Shown piece by piece: positions 1-9,444 of a stretch of DNA of 64,000 bases. The notes below the pieces were generated by a model. It saw only the letters and a program-made list of their open reading frames with translations. It was not told the DNA's origin and did not search any database. Every line of letters starts with the position of its first letter. The stretch's first letter is position 1. Both the position numbers and the translations under genes were made by a program. Origin of the DNA: a virus; UHGV virus genome UHGV-1440165, one strand, 5' to 3'.

Positions 1-1481
1 TCAACGATCTCATCAGCCTGTTTGCGCATGGCGTCCAGTTCAGCATCCAACACAGCAATGTCCGCAACCAGCTTGTCGTCCTGAGCCTTATGGTCATCAA
101 TCAGGGCAGTGACTTCGGCGGTGACTTTATCCAACTGGTTTAACTTCGATTGCAGTTCCTGGATCTGAGGATTGTACTCGCTCTCAATGCGCGCTTTGGT
201 ATCGTCGGACACCAGCTGGGTACACGTCGGGCAAGTCCCCATGTCGTGGAAGCGCTTGATGGCTGACTGATGGCCGTCCATTTCTGTTTGGAAACGGATG
301 CGGAAGTTCTCACCCTGTTGGCGGCGCTGGATAGCAGCGTTCAGGGCGTCCAGGTTTGTGTTGCGCTCGGTGAGCAGAGTGTTTTTGCTTTCGGCTACTG
401 TAAAGGCGCGGTCACGCAGGACCTGAAGATCATGCTCAGCAGCAGAAACCTCGATGCGTTCATAATCGTCGGCCTTTTCCTGGGCGACATCCTTCACCGC
501 CTGGATCTTGGCATCAAAGTCTTTCTTGACAGCCTCGATCTCCACCATGGATTCATCATGCAGGCGGCTTTCTACCGTCTTCATTTCCTGGGTGGCTTCA
601 AACTCAACCGCAGTGAGGCGGGTGCGCTCCTCATTCTGTGCGGCGATGTCAGCGTCCAAGGACTTCAGGGCTTCCTGTTGCTGTAAAAGGATATCAGCCG
701 ACTGCTGCTGGATCAGGGCGTTGGATTGCTCAATCTGCTGCAGCTGCGTTTTCTTGTTCGTGTGGTCAACAACCTTCAGGGCGCACTCATTGGCGATCGT
801 GTCCAGCTTTTCGTTCGCTTTCTTGATGGACGCCTTGACATCTTCATTCATCAGGCTGAAGAAGCCCAAGTCCCAGATAGTCTCCACCATGGCGCGGCGG
901 TCGGCGGTGTACATCTCGGTGAACGGAATGAACTTCTCTTTACCCAGCACCAGAGAGTTCTCAAACATCTTCTGGTCCACTCCGATGAGGTTCACGATGT
1001 ACTTGTTCATGTCGGCTTTGGCTGCTTCGTTATCGATCTGCATCCATTTGCCGTCCACCATCTGATGGACTTCAACAAAGTCAGGCTTGATGCCACGACG
1101 AACCTTCCATTCGCTGCCACGGCAGGCAAACTCCACCTCACCCACACATTCCTTGCGGCTCTGTGAGTTCACCAGGCCTGCCTTCTTCTCCTTCTTGCTG
1201 TACGTGTCGTTGTACAGTACGAAGAACAACAGCCATACCAGCATCGTGGATTTACCCGCGCCGTTATCGTCAGACGTGACGAGGGTGGCCGGGTTGCGCT
1301 GGTAATCGATCTCCATGAACTGATTGCCGATGGAGCGGAAGTTCTTGGCGCGGCCTTTGCGGAAGGTCAGTTTGTGCGTAATGTTGTCACACACTTCAAA
1401 TGGGACTTCGACCTCAACCGGAGTGTCGGCTACCTTCAAAAGATTGCCAAATTTGGCCAGGATATCTGTGCTCTGAGTCAT
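1..1481 (-). CDS. SbcC/Rad50-like recombination ATPase (T4 gp46-like), partial; C-terminus lies beyond the window
   Basis: Minus-strand translation from ATG at 1481 gives MTQSTDILAKFGNLL... with Walker A NGAGKST; the rest encodes a Q/L/E-rich coiled coil. Start sits 1 nt after the SbcD-like stop. Absent from ORF track because truncated at the window edge. Confidence 0.8.
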   Translation of the reverse strand, partial: MTQSTDILAKFGNLLKVADTPVEVEVPFEVCDNITHKLTFRKGRAKNFRSIGNQFMEIDYQRNPATLVTSDDNGAGKSTMLVWLLFFVLYNDTYSKKEKKAGLVNSQSRKECVGEVEFACRGSEWKVRRGIKPDFVEVHQMVDGKWMQIDNEAAKADMNKYIVNLIGVDQKMFENSLVLGKEKFIPFTEMYTADRRAMVETIWDLGFFSLMNEDVKASIKKANEKLDTIANECALKVVDHTNKKTQLQQIEQSNALIQQQSADILLQQQEALKSLDADIAAQNEERTRLTAVEFEATQEMKTVESRLHDESMVEIEAVKKDFDAKIQAVKDVAQEKADDYERIEVSAAEHDLQVLRDRAFTVAESKNTLLTERNTNLDALNAAIQRRQQGENFRIRFQTEMDGHQSAIKRFHDMGTCPTCTQLVSDDTKARIESEYNPQIQELQSKLNQLDKVTAEVTALIDDHKAQDDKLVADIAVLDAELDAMRKQADEIV

Positions 1482-1482
1482 G

Positions 1483-2598
1483 TTATGCGTCCAATTTGTT
1501 CAGGCGTTGTTGGGCAGCATTGTAGAAATGCTCTGCCAGTTTACAGACGTTGTCAGGGCGCTGGATGTTGTTCCCGGCGCGGATATCCTTCTTCAGGACT
1601 TCCACCGCATCGGTCGCCACCATCTCTTCGGTGACCTCAACCTTCTCAGCCGCCACTGTAATCGTCCGGTCTATGAAGTTGTAGTCAATGCACTTGCAGC
1701 GCTTCATTGCATCACAGAACTTTTCATAATGCTTGGCGTTGTCACGGTTCTGTACGATAACCTTAACGATTTGCCCTTCAATACCCAAGCCTGTGTTCAG
1801 CCATTCCGGGTCGATCCAGTTGCCTTCTTCATCGGAGGACAACTTGGTGTAGTCATACTCCACGAACCGGAAGAGCGTCTGGTGCTCGGCGTTCGGGATA
1901 AAGATCTCGCCACCGCGCATGTCGTCTACATAGAAGCCCCGGTTGGTGCCGTCTTTGTAGTCTTCCCAGTTCAGGTGATACGGAGTCCCAATATACTGAA
2001 TGTTACCTTCCATCGAACGGGTATGGAAATGCCCTGTGTCGACCCGGTCAAACTTGGAAAGCAATGCAACGTCGATCTGACCGTGATCACAAGTAGAGGA
2101 CTGGTACATTTTGAACCCTGCCAGCTCCAGATGCGCAAAACAGTACTTGGCGTCTGTATCTTGTATCGCCTTAATAGACGCATCATAGTTCTCCTTGTTG
2201 ATCCACGGTAGGAGCAGGGTCTTAACGCCCTCGATCATTACTTCAGTCGGTTCACTGTAATAGTGATAGACATCTGGGTCGAGTTCGTTCAGGTAGGACG
2301 GCCAGTTGATGCGGTTGGACTCTTCCAGGGTGATGTCATGGTTGCCCACGATGCCATTCCACTTGATACCAGCAGCTTTCAGCGCAGGAGTGAGTTCGTC
2401 CTTCAGCCAGTCTTTGTCGCGCCCGTACATGAATTTGCGGACATCAAAGGTGTCACCAAACTGCCAGATCTCTTTGATGTCAGAGTCAACAAGCTCAGGG
2501 ATGAAGTAATTGATGAGATAGTTCTTTATGAAGTCGCGAACGTAACGGGAACCATTACGGCTCCCGATATGCAGATCGCCGATTTTAGCAATCGCCAT
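1483..2598 (-). CDS. SbcD/Mre11-like metallophosphoesterase nuclease (T4 gp47-like)
   Basis: 371 aa; calcineurin-like phosphoesterase motifs (GDLHIG, GNHD); directly upstream of the SbcC-like gene. Confidence 0.85.
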   Translation of the reverse strand: MAIAKIGDLHIGSRNGSRYVRDFIKNYLINYFIPELVDSDIKEIWQFGDTFDVRKFMYGRDKDWLKDELTPALKAAGIKWNGIVGNHDITLEESNRINWPSYLNELDPDVYHYYSEPTEVMIEGVKTLLLPWINKENYDASIKAIQDTDAKYCFAHLELAGFKMYQSSTCDHGQIDVALLSKFDRVDTGHFHTRSMEGNIQYIGTPYHLNWEDYKDGTNRGFYVDDMRGGEIFIPNAEHQTLFRFVEYDYTKLSSDEEGNWIDPEWLNTGLGIEGQIVKVIVQNRDNAKHYEKFCDAMKRCKCIDYNFIDRTITVAAEKVEVTEEMVATDAVEVLKKDIRAGNNIQRPDNVCKLAEHFYNAAQQRLNKLDA

Positions 2599-3326
2599 TA
2601 TTCTGTTTCTCCTTCGTTTTCGTCCAGATCGAATTGGGTGTTGCCGAAGTCTTGATCTGAATTGTCTTCGGCCTGCGCTGTTACCGTATTCTTACCTTGT
2701 GACATGTATTGAAGTATGCCTTTCGCGATCTTTTTGTTCGATTCGGCGGCTCGGGCGTTCTCTACCTTCTCCCGCTCCTTCTGTCTTTGGGCATCCTTCT
2801 TGTTTTCGAAGTTTCCGATGCGCTCGCGGAAGTCCATGCCAATCCCAGTGGCATCAACAAAGATCTCTTGTTGGAAGTCAGGATCATCGGCCAGGCCTGC
2901 AAATCCACCTGCCTCTTCAAAGGAACGCAGCTTGATGTATGTGTGCTCTTCTTCTATGTTCAGCTTGCGGGCAAATGAGCGGTCAGCGCACATGGTCACC
3001 CAGGAGAAGAAGTTGATCTTGCCTTTGCGCCCGACGTGACCAACATCGAAGGTGTGGAGATAGCGAAGGATGTTGACTACAGCTTCAGACACCATGTCAT
3101 CGCGGTACGGATAATCGCGGTAATTGTAGCGGGTGCTCATCTTGCTGATGATGCGCTGGACCTGGACTGCAACGTAGTTGGGGATCTTGGGGAGCGGTGT
3201 GCCTTCAGTTAATGCCTTCTTGCGAGCGGGGATCCAATCACGAAGGATACTGATGACACGCTCGTTATCTTCGTCCGTAAAATATTTGACGACATTCTCG
3301 CCACGATCAACATAATTCATACCCAT
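2598..3326 (-). CDS. gp55-like late-transcription sigma factor (putative)
   Basis: 242 aa, ATG start; N-terminal half resembles T4 gp55 in pattern and sits next to the gp47/gp46-like genes as in T4; acidic C-terminal tail. Confidence 0.45.
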   Translation of the reverse strand: MGMNYVDRGENVVKYFTDEDNERVISILRDWIPARKKALTEGTPLPKIPNYVAVQVQRIISKMSTRYNYRDYPYRDDMVSEAVVNILRYLHTFDVGHVGRKGKINFFSWVTMCADRSFARKLNIEEEHTYIKLRSFEEAGGFAGLADDPDFQQEIFVDATGIGMDFRERIGNFENKKDAQRQKEREKVENARAAESNKKIAKGILQYMSQGKNTVTAQAEDNSDQDFGNTQFDLDENEGETE

Positions 3327-3337
3327 TGTGGGAACCC

Positions 3338-3865
3338 TCAGATACCGATAAATTCATCAAAAGATCCAACAACCTTCTTCACAGAGATCTTGTCGTTCTC
3401 AATCAGGAAGTTGCTGTCGTTCTTGGCTGCGGTAGCCCATGTGTCCGCGAGTTCATTGCCTTCAACACCCGCATGACCTTTGACCCATTTTAGTTCAACT
3501 TCACAAATTGAACTAACGAGATCATATATTCTGAACAGATCTTTTATGAGTTCAACATTCTTTTCCGGGAACCCCTGATACTCCCACTTGGCTCGCCATT
3601 CGGTGACGCTCTTGATGGTGTATTGACTGTCAGACCAAATTGTTGCCTTTGGTATCCTGCGCTCACCCTTTCCCGAGAATGCCCACAGTAGCTTCAATGC
3701 GTTGGTCACACCCAACAACTCGGCGATGTTGTTGGTGGACGGAGGAGGTAGGTGGCCGAAGAACACCTTCCATTGCATACCCGATATCGGCCTGATGGCA
3801 AAAGCCCACCCTGCAGCCTGATTTGTCCGAGGGTTAGAACCCCCGTCAGAAAAGATTTCAATCAT
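3338..3865 (-). CDS. Ribonuclease H (type 1)
   Basis: RNase H motifs IFSDGGS, TNNIAELLGVTNAL, DSQY, KGHAGVEGNELAD. ORF track extends to 3961 via a non-ATG start; first ATG is at 3865 (MIEIFSDGG...). Confidence 0.8.
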   Translation of the reverse strand: MIEIFSDGGSNPRTNQAAGWAFAIRPISGMQWKVFFGHLPPPSTNNIAELLGVTNALKLLWAFSGKGERRIPKATIWSDSQYTIKSVTEWRAKWEYQGFPEKNVELIKDLFRIYDLVSSICEVELKWVKGHAGVEGNELADTWATAAKNDSNFLIENDKISVKKVVGSFDEFIGI

Positions 3866-3867
3866 GA

Positions 3868-3875
3868 TATAAATA
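3868..3875 (+). promoter_or_regulatory. T4-type late promoter box TATAAATA (plus strand)
   Basis: Exact TATAAATA about 36 nt upstream of the ATG at 3911; RBS AGAGGAA lies between. Confidence 0.5.
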
Positions 3876-3910
3876 TCCCAAACTGGTTTTATAGAAAGAG
3901 GAATGAAACT

Positions 3911-4678
3911 ATGGCACCCCGCGCATATCGTTTCAGTCTCACCGCCCCGCAGATTGAGCAATTGCTCCTTTCTATCAATGATGCTATCAAGTCAGAAGAT
4001 ATCATCTATGATTATGCTACAGGTGGGACTGTTGGGCAAGTCGCAGCAGCGTCTGCCGTCAAGAACATGTGGCTCAAGCTCAATGAGATGGTGACAGGCC
4101 AAGGCCTCAAAGACGCCATCAACAGTGCTGGCGACAGCAACGTGTTCACCGACTATTATAAGTCTCTTCTGGATCGCGAAGGCTGGAAATTTATTGGCTC
4201 CCCAGCAGATATCCTGGCTCGAGACGATATCGACACCACGAACTTCACGGGCGGCGAAGTCATTCTACTTCAGAAGAACGCCTCAGGCAACCCTGAGTTC
4301 CAATACTGGAAGCGAACTCCCGTCGCGGGTGGTGACCCTACCTTCGCCTGGGCTTCGGTCTATGAAGGGAACTCCAACGACTCAACAATCGAAATCCCGG
4401 TGATCGGCACGAGCGTCCTCAAAGACATTCCCAAGGCTCTCTTCCATATGGTGGAGTTCCGAGTTCATGTCTATGACGAAACGCTGGGGCACTGGCAGGA
4501 TACAGACGGCAAGGTCGGTTATCGTGGTGAGGATCTGTTCTACAGCACGTACAATCATGTGCAGACCAAACCGCTCGCCACCATTGACTTCAGCCAAGAC
4601 ACAGACAGCATGAAGATCTCCGTGACTTCCCTGGAGCCGAATGTCAAATGCCATCTGTCGTTTATCGCTGGTTACTAA
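3911..4678 (+). CDS. Hypothetical late protein on plus strand
   Basis: ATG at 3911 with AGAGGAA RBS and upstream TATAAATA; 255 aa with protein-like composition. ORF track (3752..4678) begins at a non-ATG codon. Confidence 0.55.
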   Translation: MAPRAYRFSLTAPQIEQLLLSINDAIKSEDIIYDYATGGTVGQVAAASAVKNMWLKLNEMVTGQGLKDAINSAGDSNVFTDYYKSLLDREGWKFIGSPADILARDDIDTTNFTGGEVILLQKNASGNPEFQYWKRTPVAGGDPTFAWASVYEGNSNDSTIEIPVIGTSVLKDIPKALFHMVEFRVHVYDETLGHWQDTDGKVGYRGEDLFYSTYNHVQTKPLATIDFSQDTDSMKISVTSLEPNVKCHLSFIAGY

Positions 4679-6393
4679 ACCTCAAACACGGCATCGGTAA
4701 ACCAGGCGGGGAAGAACTCTGGGTTGCGCATCATCAATGATTCAAAAGACGAATCAAGGATGTATGTCGCAGCCCAGTCATTCACACCCCTGACCGAACG
4801 CCCGCACATCTGAACGATACGCAGCACCGCCATCCTGAAGTACGCCGAAGGGTCTACACTGTTGACATGAGCTACAAGCGGGTCACCCAGGTAGTCATAA
4901 GGCACTTTGATCAGGATTTGGAAGCGGCTGTAATCGCCTTTGAAGTCATACCCCTCTTCCATAGCCGGACTGGCAATCACACAAGGCTGCTTGGTCCGGA
5001 ACGCATGTTCCATGATATCCATCAGGGCTTTGCGAGTACGAGGCACATGAATGATGTTCCGGTACTTGCTGAACTTCTGTAGAGCCAGGGCACGGTCATA
5101 GCTAACGGTGTGGATGATACCGGACTGGCCGGGATGAAATGCGATGATCTCGTCCACGTACTCAGCCAGCTTCTTCATCTCGTAGTCGCCCATGTTCGCC
5201 GTCATCTTCATGACGGGCATGTAGTTGACCTTGCGATTCTCAATCGGGATAGGGTTGCCGATCTGAATCTTGTGGTACTCGCCATCACGGATGCCCAGTG
5301 ACCGGGCGTACGAGTCGATCCCGCAGATGGTCGCCGACATATGAACATGGTAATCGCCCTTGCGAAACAGGCCGAACTGGGACACATCAGACGCGATGAC
5401 AGGCTTGAACTGAATCATGCCCTTGTCCTTCTCCTGAACGATGAAGGTGCTGGCGTTGGTCTGTCCCATGATGCCGCAGTAGTCGCTGAGGTTGTGAAGG
5501 GTGTCTATGATGTCCGACAGCTTCATCACCTGGGCTTCCGTCAGGCGCTCGTCCTCGACCAGTTCCTCAAGAGTTTCCAGCAGGGCTTCAACCTTATCAT
5601 GCAGGTCGTCAAAGATTGCATGCATCTCACCTGTCAGCGAGTACAGCTTGCCCAACTCATAGTTCTCTGTGCGGATTACGATATCTTTGATGATCTCCAC
5701 GATAGGCACTCCCTCGGGGATCGTAAGCAACCCTTCCACAGCCTTTATGCTGTATTCCATGATCGTGTGCTCTAGGAGCGTAGAGGGCATCTTATGGCAC
5801 TCGTCAAGGATCAACATATCGGCACGGTTTTCTGGCTTCATACAGATCGTCGTACACATCTCCACCATCATGGCGGCGTTGGTGCAGCGCAGGGAGGAGA
5901 CGTCTGTCCACTGACGTCGCGCCTGAACATATGGGCAACGATTCTTGCTGCAGTGGCCATCCCGGCATGCCATACGGCACTGGATGGCGTTGTAGTACAG
6001 GTCAGGGCTGATATGGCAACGATAGTTCTTCTTGCCTTTCAGGATGTCTATCACCACTGCCCTTTCAGCCGCATACTGATCTTGCAGCCCTTTGGTCGGT
6101 GTCGTAATAGACGTGCGGAACTGACCATATGGGTTGCGCTCAAGAACCAGGTGGCGAAGCACATTATGAATAGTAGTACCGATCAGGGATTTACCCACAC
6201 CAGTTGGAGCCTCAATGATCACGTGTTTGACCTTCTTGTTCACGAGGGCATCAACGGCTTCAACGATGCATTCCATCTGGCCGGGGTTGGCGGTGTCGTA
6301 TGGGAAGAACTCAGTAGCAAGAGACTTGATGCGGTCTATGCTGACTGGTCCGACGCCATCGAGCGCCTTGGTGTATTGGTTGAATGCTGTCAC
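4675..6393 (-). CDS. Rad3/XPD/DinG-family DNA helicase with Fe-S cluster motif
   Basis: 572 aa; Walker A APTGVGKS, DECH box (ILDECH), four-cysteine cluster CRMACRDGHCSKNRC; GTG start preceded by AGGAG. Confidence 0.7.
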   Translation of the reverse strand: MTAFNQYTKALDGVGPVSIDRIKSLATEFFPYDTANPGQMECIVEAVDALVNKKVKHVIIEAPTGVGKSLIGTTIHNVLRHLVLERNPYGQFRTSITTPTKGLQDQYAAERAVVIDILKGKKNYRCHISPDLYYNAIQCRMACRDGHCSKNRCPYVQARRQWTDVSSLRCTNAAMMVEMCTTICMKPENRADMLILDECHKMPSTLLEHTIMEYSIKAVEGLLTIPEGVPIVEIIKDIVIRTENYELGKLYSLTGEMHAIFDDLHDKVEALLETLEELVEDERLTEAQVMKLSDIIDTLHNLSDYCGIMGQTNASTFIVQEKDKGMIQFKPVIASDVSQFGLFRKGDYHVHMSATICGIDSYARSLGIRDGEYHKIQIGNPIPIENRKVNYMPVMKMTANMGDYEMKKLAEYVDEIIAFHPGQSGIIHTVSYDRALALQKFSKYRNIIHVPRTRKALMDIMEHAFRTKQPCVIASPAMEEGYDFKGDYSRFQILIKVPYDYLGDPLVAHVNSVDPSAYFRMAVLRIVQMCGRSVRGVNDWAATYILDSSFESLMMRNPEFFPAWFTDAVFEV

Positions 6394-6443
6394 TTGCTTC
6401 CTCCTATGGGATTCGCCTTTAGTTTAACCGATTCCCAAGAACG

Positions 6444-6476
6444 AAAAAGCCGGAGCGTTTGCCCCGGCTTTCTCTT
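6444..6476 (-). terminator. Putative intrinsic terminator downstream of the HU-like gene
   Basis: GC hairpin (AGCCGG...CCGGCT) followed on the minus strand by a T-run. Confidence 0.45.
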
Positions 6477-6521
6477 TTGCCATGCCCTGCGTTGCAGAGC
6501 CAGGCCGCGCGTCAGATAGAA

Positions 6522-6800
6522 TTACTTGCCGTTGGCAGCGTTCTTCAGACCTTCGCCCACTTTGAATTTCACAACGTTTTTCGCCGCGATCTGAATGGTC
6601 TGGCCGTTCAGAGGATTGCGACCTTCACGAGCTTCTTGTGCTTTAACTTCGAACGCGCCGAAGCCGACCAGCTGTACAGACGCGCCTGCAGCAACTGCAG
6701 TTTTAACGCCGTCGATAAAGGATGCCACTACTTTCTCCGCTTCGCCTTTGGTGATGTTCTGGGTCGAAGCAATGTGGGCAACAAATTCAGTACGATTCAT
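6522..6800 (-). CDS. HU/IHF-family histone-like DNA-binding protein
   Basis: Strong HU-like sequence (VQLVGFGAFEV...REGRNPLNGQTIQIAAKNV). ATG at 6800 (MNRTEF...) with GGAGA RBS; track start 6842 is an upstream extension. Confidence 0.85.
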   Translation of the reverse strand: MNRTEFVAHIASTQNITKGEAEKVVASFIDGVKTAVAAGASVQLVGFGAFEVKAQEAREGRNPLNGQTIQIAAKNVVKFKVGEGLKNAANGK

Positions 6801-6894
6801 CTGGATTTCTCCGTTTGGGTTAATGTTTACTTTCATGTTCACTACAAGAGGACTACAGCTTACCTAACAAAACATATTGAATAAAGCGAAATTA

Positions 6895-7143
6895 TTAGTT
6901 TTCCGCCATGACTTCATTCGTCATCGTTCCCCTGCACCTACAGTGTTCACAGACCACGGCAACGCAAGGCTTAAACTTCTGAACACTGGCGACGGGGACA
7001 TTCACCGCATTTGGAAAAACTGGAATCTCTCTGGCTTCAATCCGTTGCTCAGAGAGACGGTCTTCATCCAAGAAGGTGACTGTCTTGTGCGGACAACGCA
7101 TTGACGCTTCACCTTCCCAGGTGATTACTGTGTTTGAGGTCAT
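6895..7143 (-). CDS. Small Cys-rich protein (possible zinc ribbon)
   Basis: 82 aa, ATG start; CPH...C...CEHCRC cysteine pattern. Confidence 0.4.
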   Translation of the reverse strand: MTSNTVITWEGEASMRCPHKTVTFLDEDRLSEQRIEAREIPVFPNAVNVPVASVQKFKPCVAVVCEHCRCRGTMTNEVMAEN

Positions 7144-7427
7144 GATTCTACCTCCGATTTGGAGATGAATGATTCCATGTCTGACCGGGAAATAATCGTT
7201 TCTACACGATCTTCATCGATCAACATTTCGTTCAGAAGGTCATAGCCCAGCACTTGCACACCACGAACACCCCAAGACCTTTTCTTCAGCTCTGCCTCAA
7301 TACTCAGAACTCTCTGAACCGTTAGACCGCCGGAAGAGAATGGAACCGGATAGAAGGTGGAGCACATTTGCGCGCTGCCATTTAATCTATAGCGAACCAG
7401 CAGAACATCACACCATACACCAGCCAT
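7140..7427 (-). CDS. Hypothetical protein
   Basis: 95 aa ORF, ATG start; overlaps neighbours by 4 nt in operon style. Confidence 0.4.
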   Translation of the reverse strand: MAGVWCDVLLVRYRLNGSAQMCSTFYPVPFSSGGLTVQRVLSIEAELKKRSWGVRGVQVLGYDLLNEMLIDEDRVETIISRSDMESFISKSEVES

Positions 7428-7428
7428 G

Positions 7429-8091
7429 TTACACCTCCACCGCGTGGGACTTCAGGAGTTCGTCAATCGCTTTCTGTCCCATGTAGGAGAACGGGGTGCG
7501 CTGGTAGAACGCCCACAGTACCAGCTGAACAACGGCACGGGAACGGGTTTCAGCCGTCATCACCAGGTCACTGAAATGAGGAGACTCGGCTGTCCATTGG
7601 ATCACTTCGCCGAAGTCCTGATTGCAAGTCACAGAGATGCGGAACTTGTTGCACAGATCGTCGACTTCTTTGTAGGCATCGGTGGACACTCGGAGTTGTT
7701 CCGCATGCATCCAAGGGGTTGTGACGATCCTTTCACCCAATGTCTTGTCCGAAATGAACCATTCGACCGTTTTGTCAGATTTGGAGAATCCGTTGATGCG
7801 GTAGATACCGCCTTGTGACTCCATACTGCGCATGGCGTGATAGCGAGCATCGATTTCGTTGTTATGCATGGCATTGAAGTCAATGAACACGCGCCGCGCC
7901 AACACATCGTCCTCCGGCTGAAGAGCCAGGAAATCGTTCAGGCGGCTATAATGGAGGACATTGGAACCGTCGTGGCCATGTGTGCAATATGCGTAATAGC
8001 TGCCGATACGGGCGTGGGCAACATAAGACAACGGGGCGAAGAATAATCCGTCAGGATCAGGTCCGACGATGATAGAATAAAGTTTTTCCAT
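7429..8091 (-). CDS. Hypothetical protein
   Basis: First ATG at 8091 (MEKLYSII...); track start 8106 is a TTG codon. Upstream GC hairpin plus TTTCATTTGAGAGACTATATC leader. Confidence 0.5.
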   Translation of the reverse strand: MEKLYSIIVGPDPDGLFFAPLSYVAHARIGSYYAYCTHGHDGSNVLHYSRLNDFLALQPEDDVLARRVFIDFNAMHNNEIDARYHAMRSMESQGGIYRINGFSKSDKTVEWFISDKTLGERIVTTPWMHAEQLRVSTDAYKEVDDLCNKFRISVTCNQDFGEVIQWTAESPHFSDLVMTAETRSRAVVQLVLWAFYQRTPFSYMGQKAIDELLKSHAVEV

Positions 8092-8146
8092 GATATAGTC
8101 TCTCAAATGAAAGGCGGCCTTATGATAAGCCGCCCGAGATTATTGA

Positions 8147-9061
8147 TTATTGGAAATCGCCAACATACATGTTCAGCTTGTCATCCCACTCCACGACGAC
8201 GCGGATCGTTCCGGAATCTTCAGGGAAGGTCAGCTTAGAGCACATGGCGCGGTTGACATAAGTCCCGCTCTGGTTGACGTTGTAGTCCTTCCCAGCACAG
8301 ACACCGAAACGTTTGAAGTCACGGGTCACCATCATGTTCAGAGTTGTCCAAGGGAGTGCATCGCGCAGGGCTTTACACAGGATGATCTTTCCATCCGGTC
8401 TGAAGGAGACAAACATCTCATTGGCAACCCGGCGGCGAGCAGGCGGTTCAAGTTCGCGCAGGGAGATGAATTCAGAGGGATCATCCAAGGCACCCAAGGC
8501 ACCCAGGGCGACCATGTCTTCGCGAACTTTACTGACAACTTCAGTTACTGCGGACACGACTTCAACAGCCGGATTCGCCTTAAATGGTTCAACAGTCTTG
8601 GACATCTTGGATACAGACATCCCATCACCCTTGCGCTTCTCCGCATATTGCTCGACGGACTTGTCGCTCACCGGAGGCAGTTTGGTGGCAGGGGTTATAA
8701 CCGGGCTTGCATCTGGTTTCGACTTCGGGGTGCTACGAGCCAGGCGAAGATTTTCTTGGGCTTGCAGAATACGCTCTTGTCGTGTCTGTGGAGCCTTTGG
8801 TGAGATCTTCGTACTGAAGTCAGAAACACCGACCCAGTCACCCTGGTCATTGCGCTTGGCAACCAATGTCAGTTTGTGGATGATGCCCTGCAGCTTGCTT
8901 TCACGCAAATTGTCGGCATACCAGAACCTGGCGCCCATCTCGAACTTCTCGGCGAAGATGACACGAGCGTCTTCATGTACGAGCATCACTCGAGCCGCGT
9001 TGGGAGCGAACGTTTTGTTCTTTTCAATGATCGCCGCAGCGATAGTTTTCGTCAGGAGCAT
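8147..9061 (-). CDS. Hypothetical protein with low-complexity linker
   Basis: About 304 aa; ATG at 9061; central P/S/K-rich linker between two domains. Confidence 0.5.
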   Translation of the reverse strand: MLLTKTIAAAIIEKNKTFAPNAARVMLVHEDARVIFAEKFEMGARFWYADNLRESKLQGIIHKLTLVAKRNDQGDWVGVSDFSTKISPKAPQTRQERILQAQENLRLARSTPKSKPDASPVITPATKLPPVSDKSVEQYAEKRKGDGMSVSKMSKTVEPFKANPAVEVVSAVTEVVSKVREDMVALGALGALDDPSEFISLRELEPPARRRVANEMFVSFRPDGKIILCKALRDALPWTTLNMMVTRDFKRFGVCAGKDYNVNQSGTYVNRAMCSKLTFPEDSGTIRVVVEWDDKLNMYVGDFQ

Positions 9062-9111
9062 CACGATGTATTCCTATCGGTTCAATTGGAGGTTAAATTT
9101 TACCCTGAAAT

Positions 9112-9444
9112 CTATTTTGAAACGCCGACAAAGTCCTGGGCAATTCCCCGACAATACATCAGGTCGGTCTTCGTTTGTGGGCTGTTTTCTGCCGCCGACA
9201 TCATCATTGGCAGGTCCAGCGCATTCTCTATCTGGTCAACGCTGAACAGGTCAAGGCGCTTCAGCTCTCCCTCGAAGTCGGACAGGAGAATAGACGTGTC
9301 TTTGTCGTCCGGATGGAATTGCTGATACGTCTCCATCCAGGCAGCGCATGTATTCAGTTTGGACGGCGGGGCGGCATGTACCCCGCCGATATAGGCAACC
9401 ACGACAGCCAGGATTAACAAGAGGATGATTTTACGAGTCATCAT
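9112..9444 (-). CDS. Small secreted or membrane-anchored protein
   Basis: 110 aa; N-terminal MMTRKIILLLILAVVVAYIGGVHA reads as a signal peptide or signal anchor. Confidence 0.5.
   Translation of the reverse strand: MMTRKIILLLILAVVVAYIGGVHAAPPSKLNTCAAWMETYQQFHPDDKDTSILLSDFEGELKRLDLFSVDQIENALDLPMMMSAAENSPQTKTDLMYCRGIAQDFVGVSK

Noticed and set aside
3866-3961. N-terminal extensions of ORF-track entries (this and, for example, 6801..6842, 8092..8106, 15371..15433, 47794..47802)
   Set aside because: Track starts fall on TTG/GTG or lack an RBS; internal ATGs with Shine-Dalgarno sequences and homology-based N-termini are more plausible.
8313-9245. 310-aa plus-strand ORF
   Set aside because: Antisense to the 8147..9061 and 9112..9444 genes; S/R/A-rich low-complexity translation.
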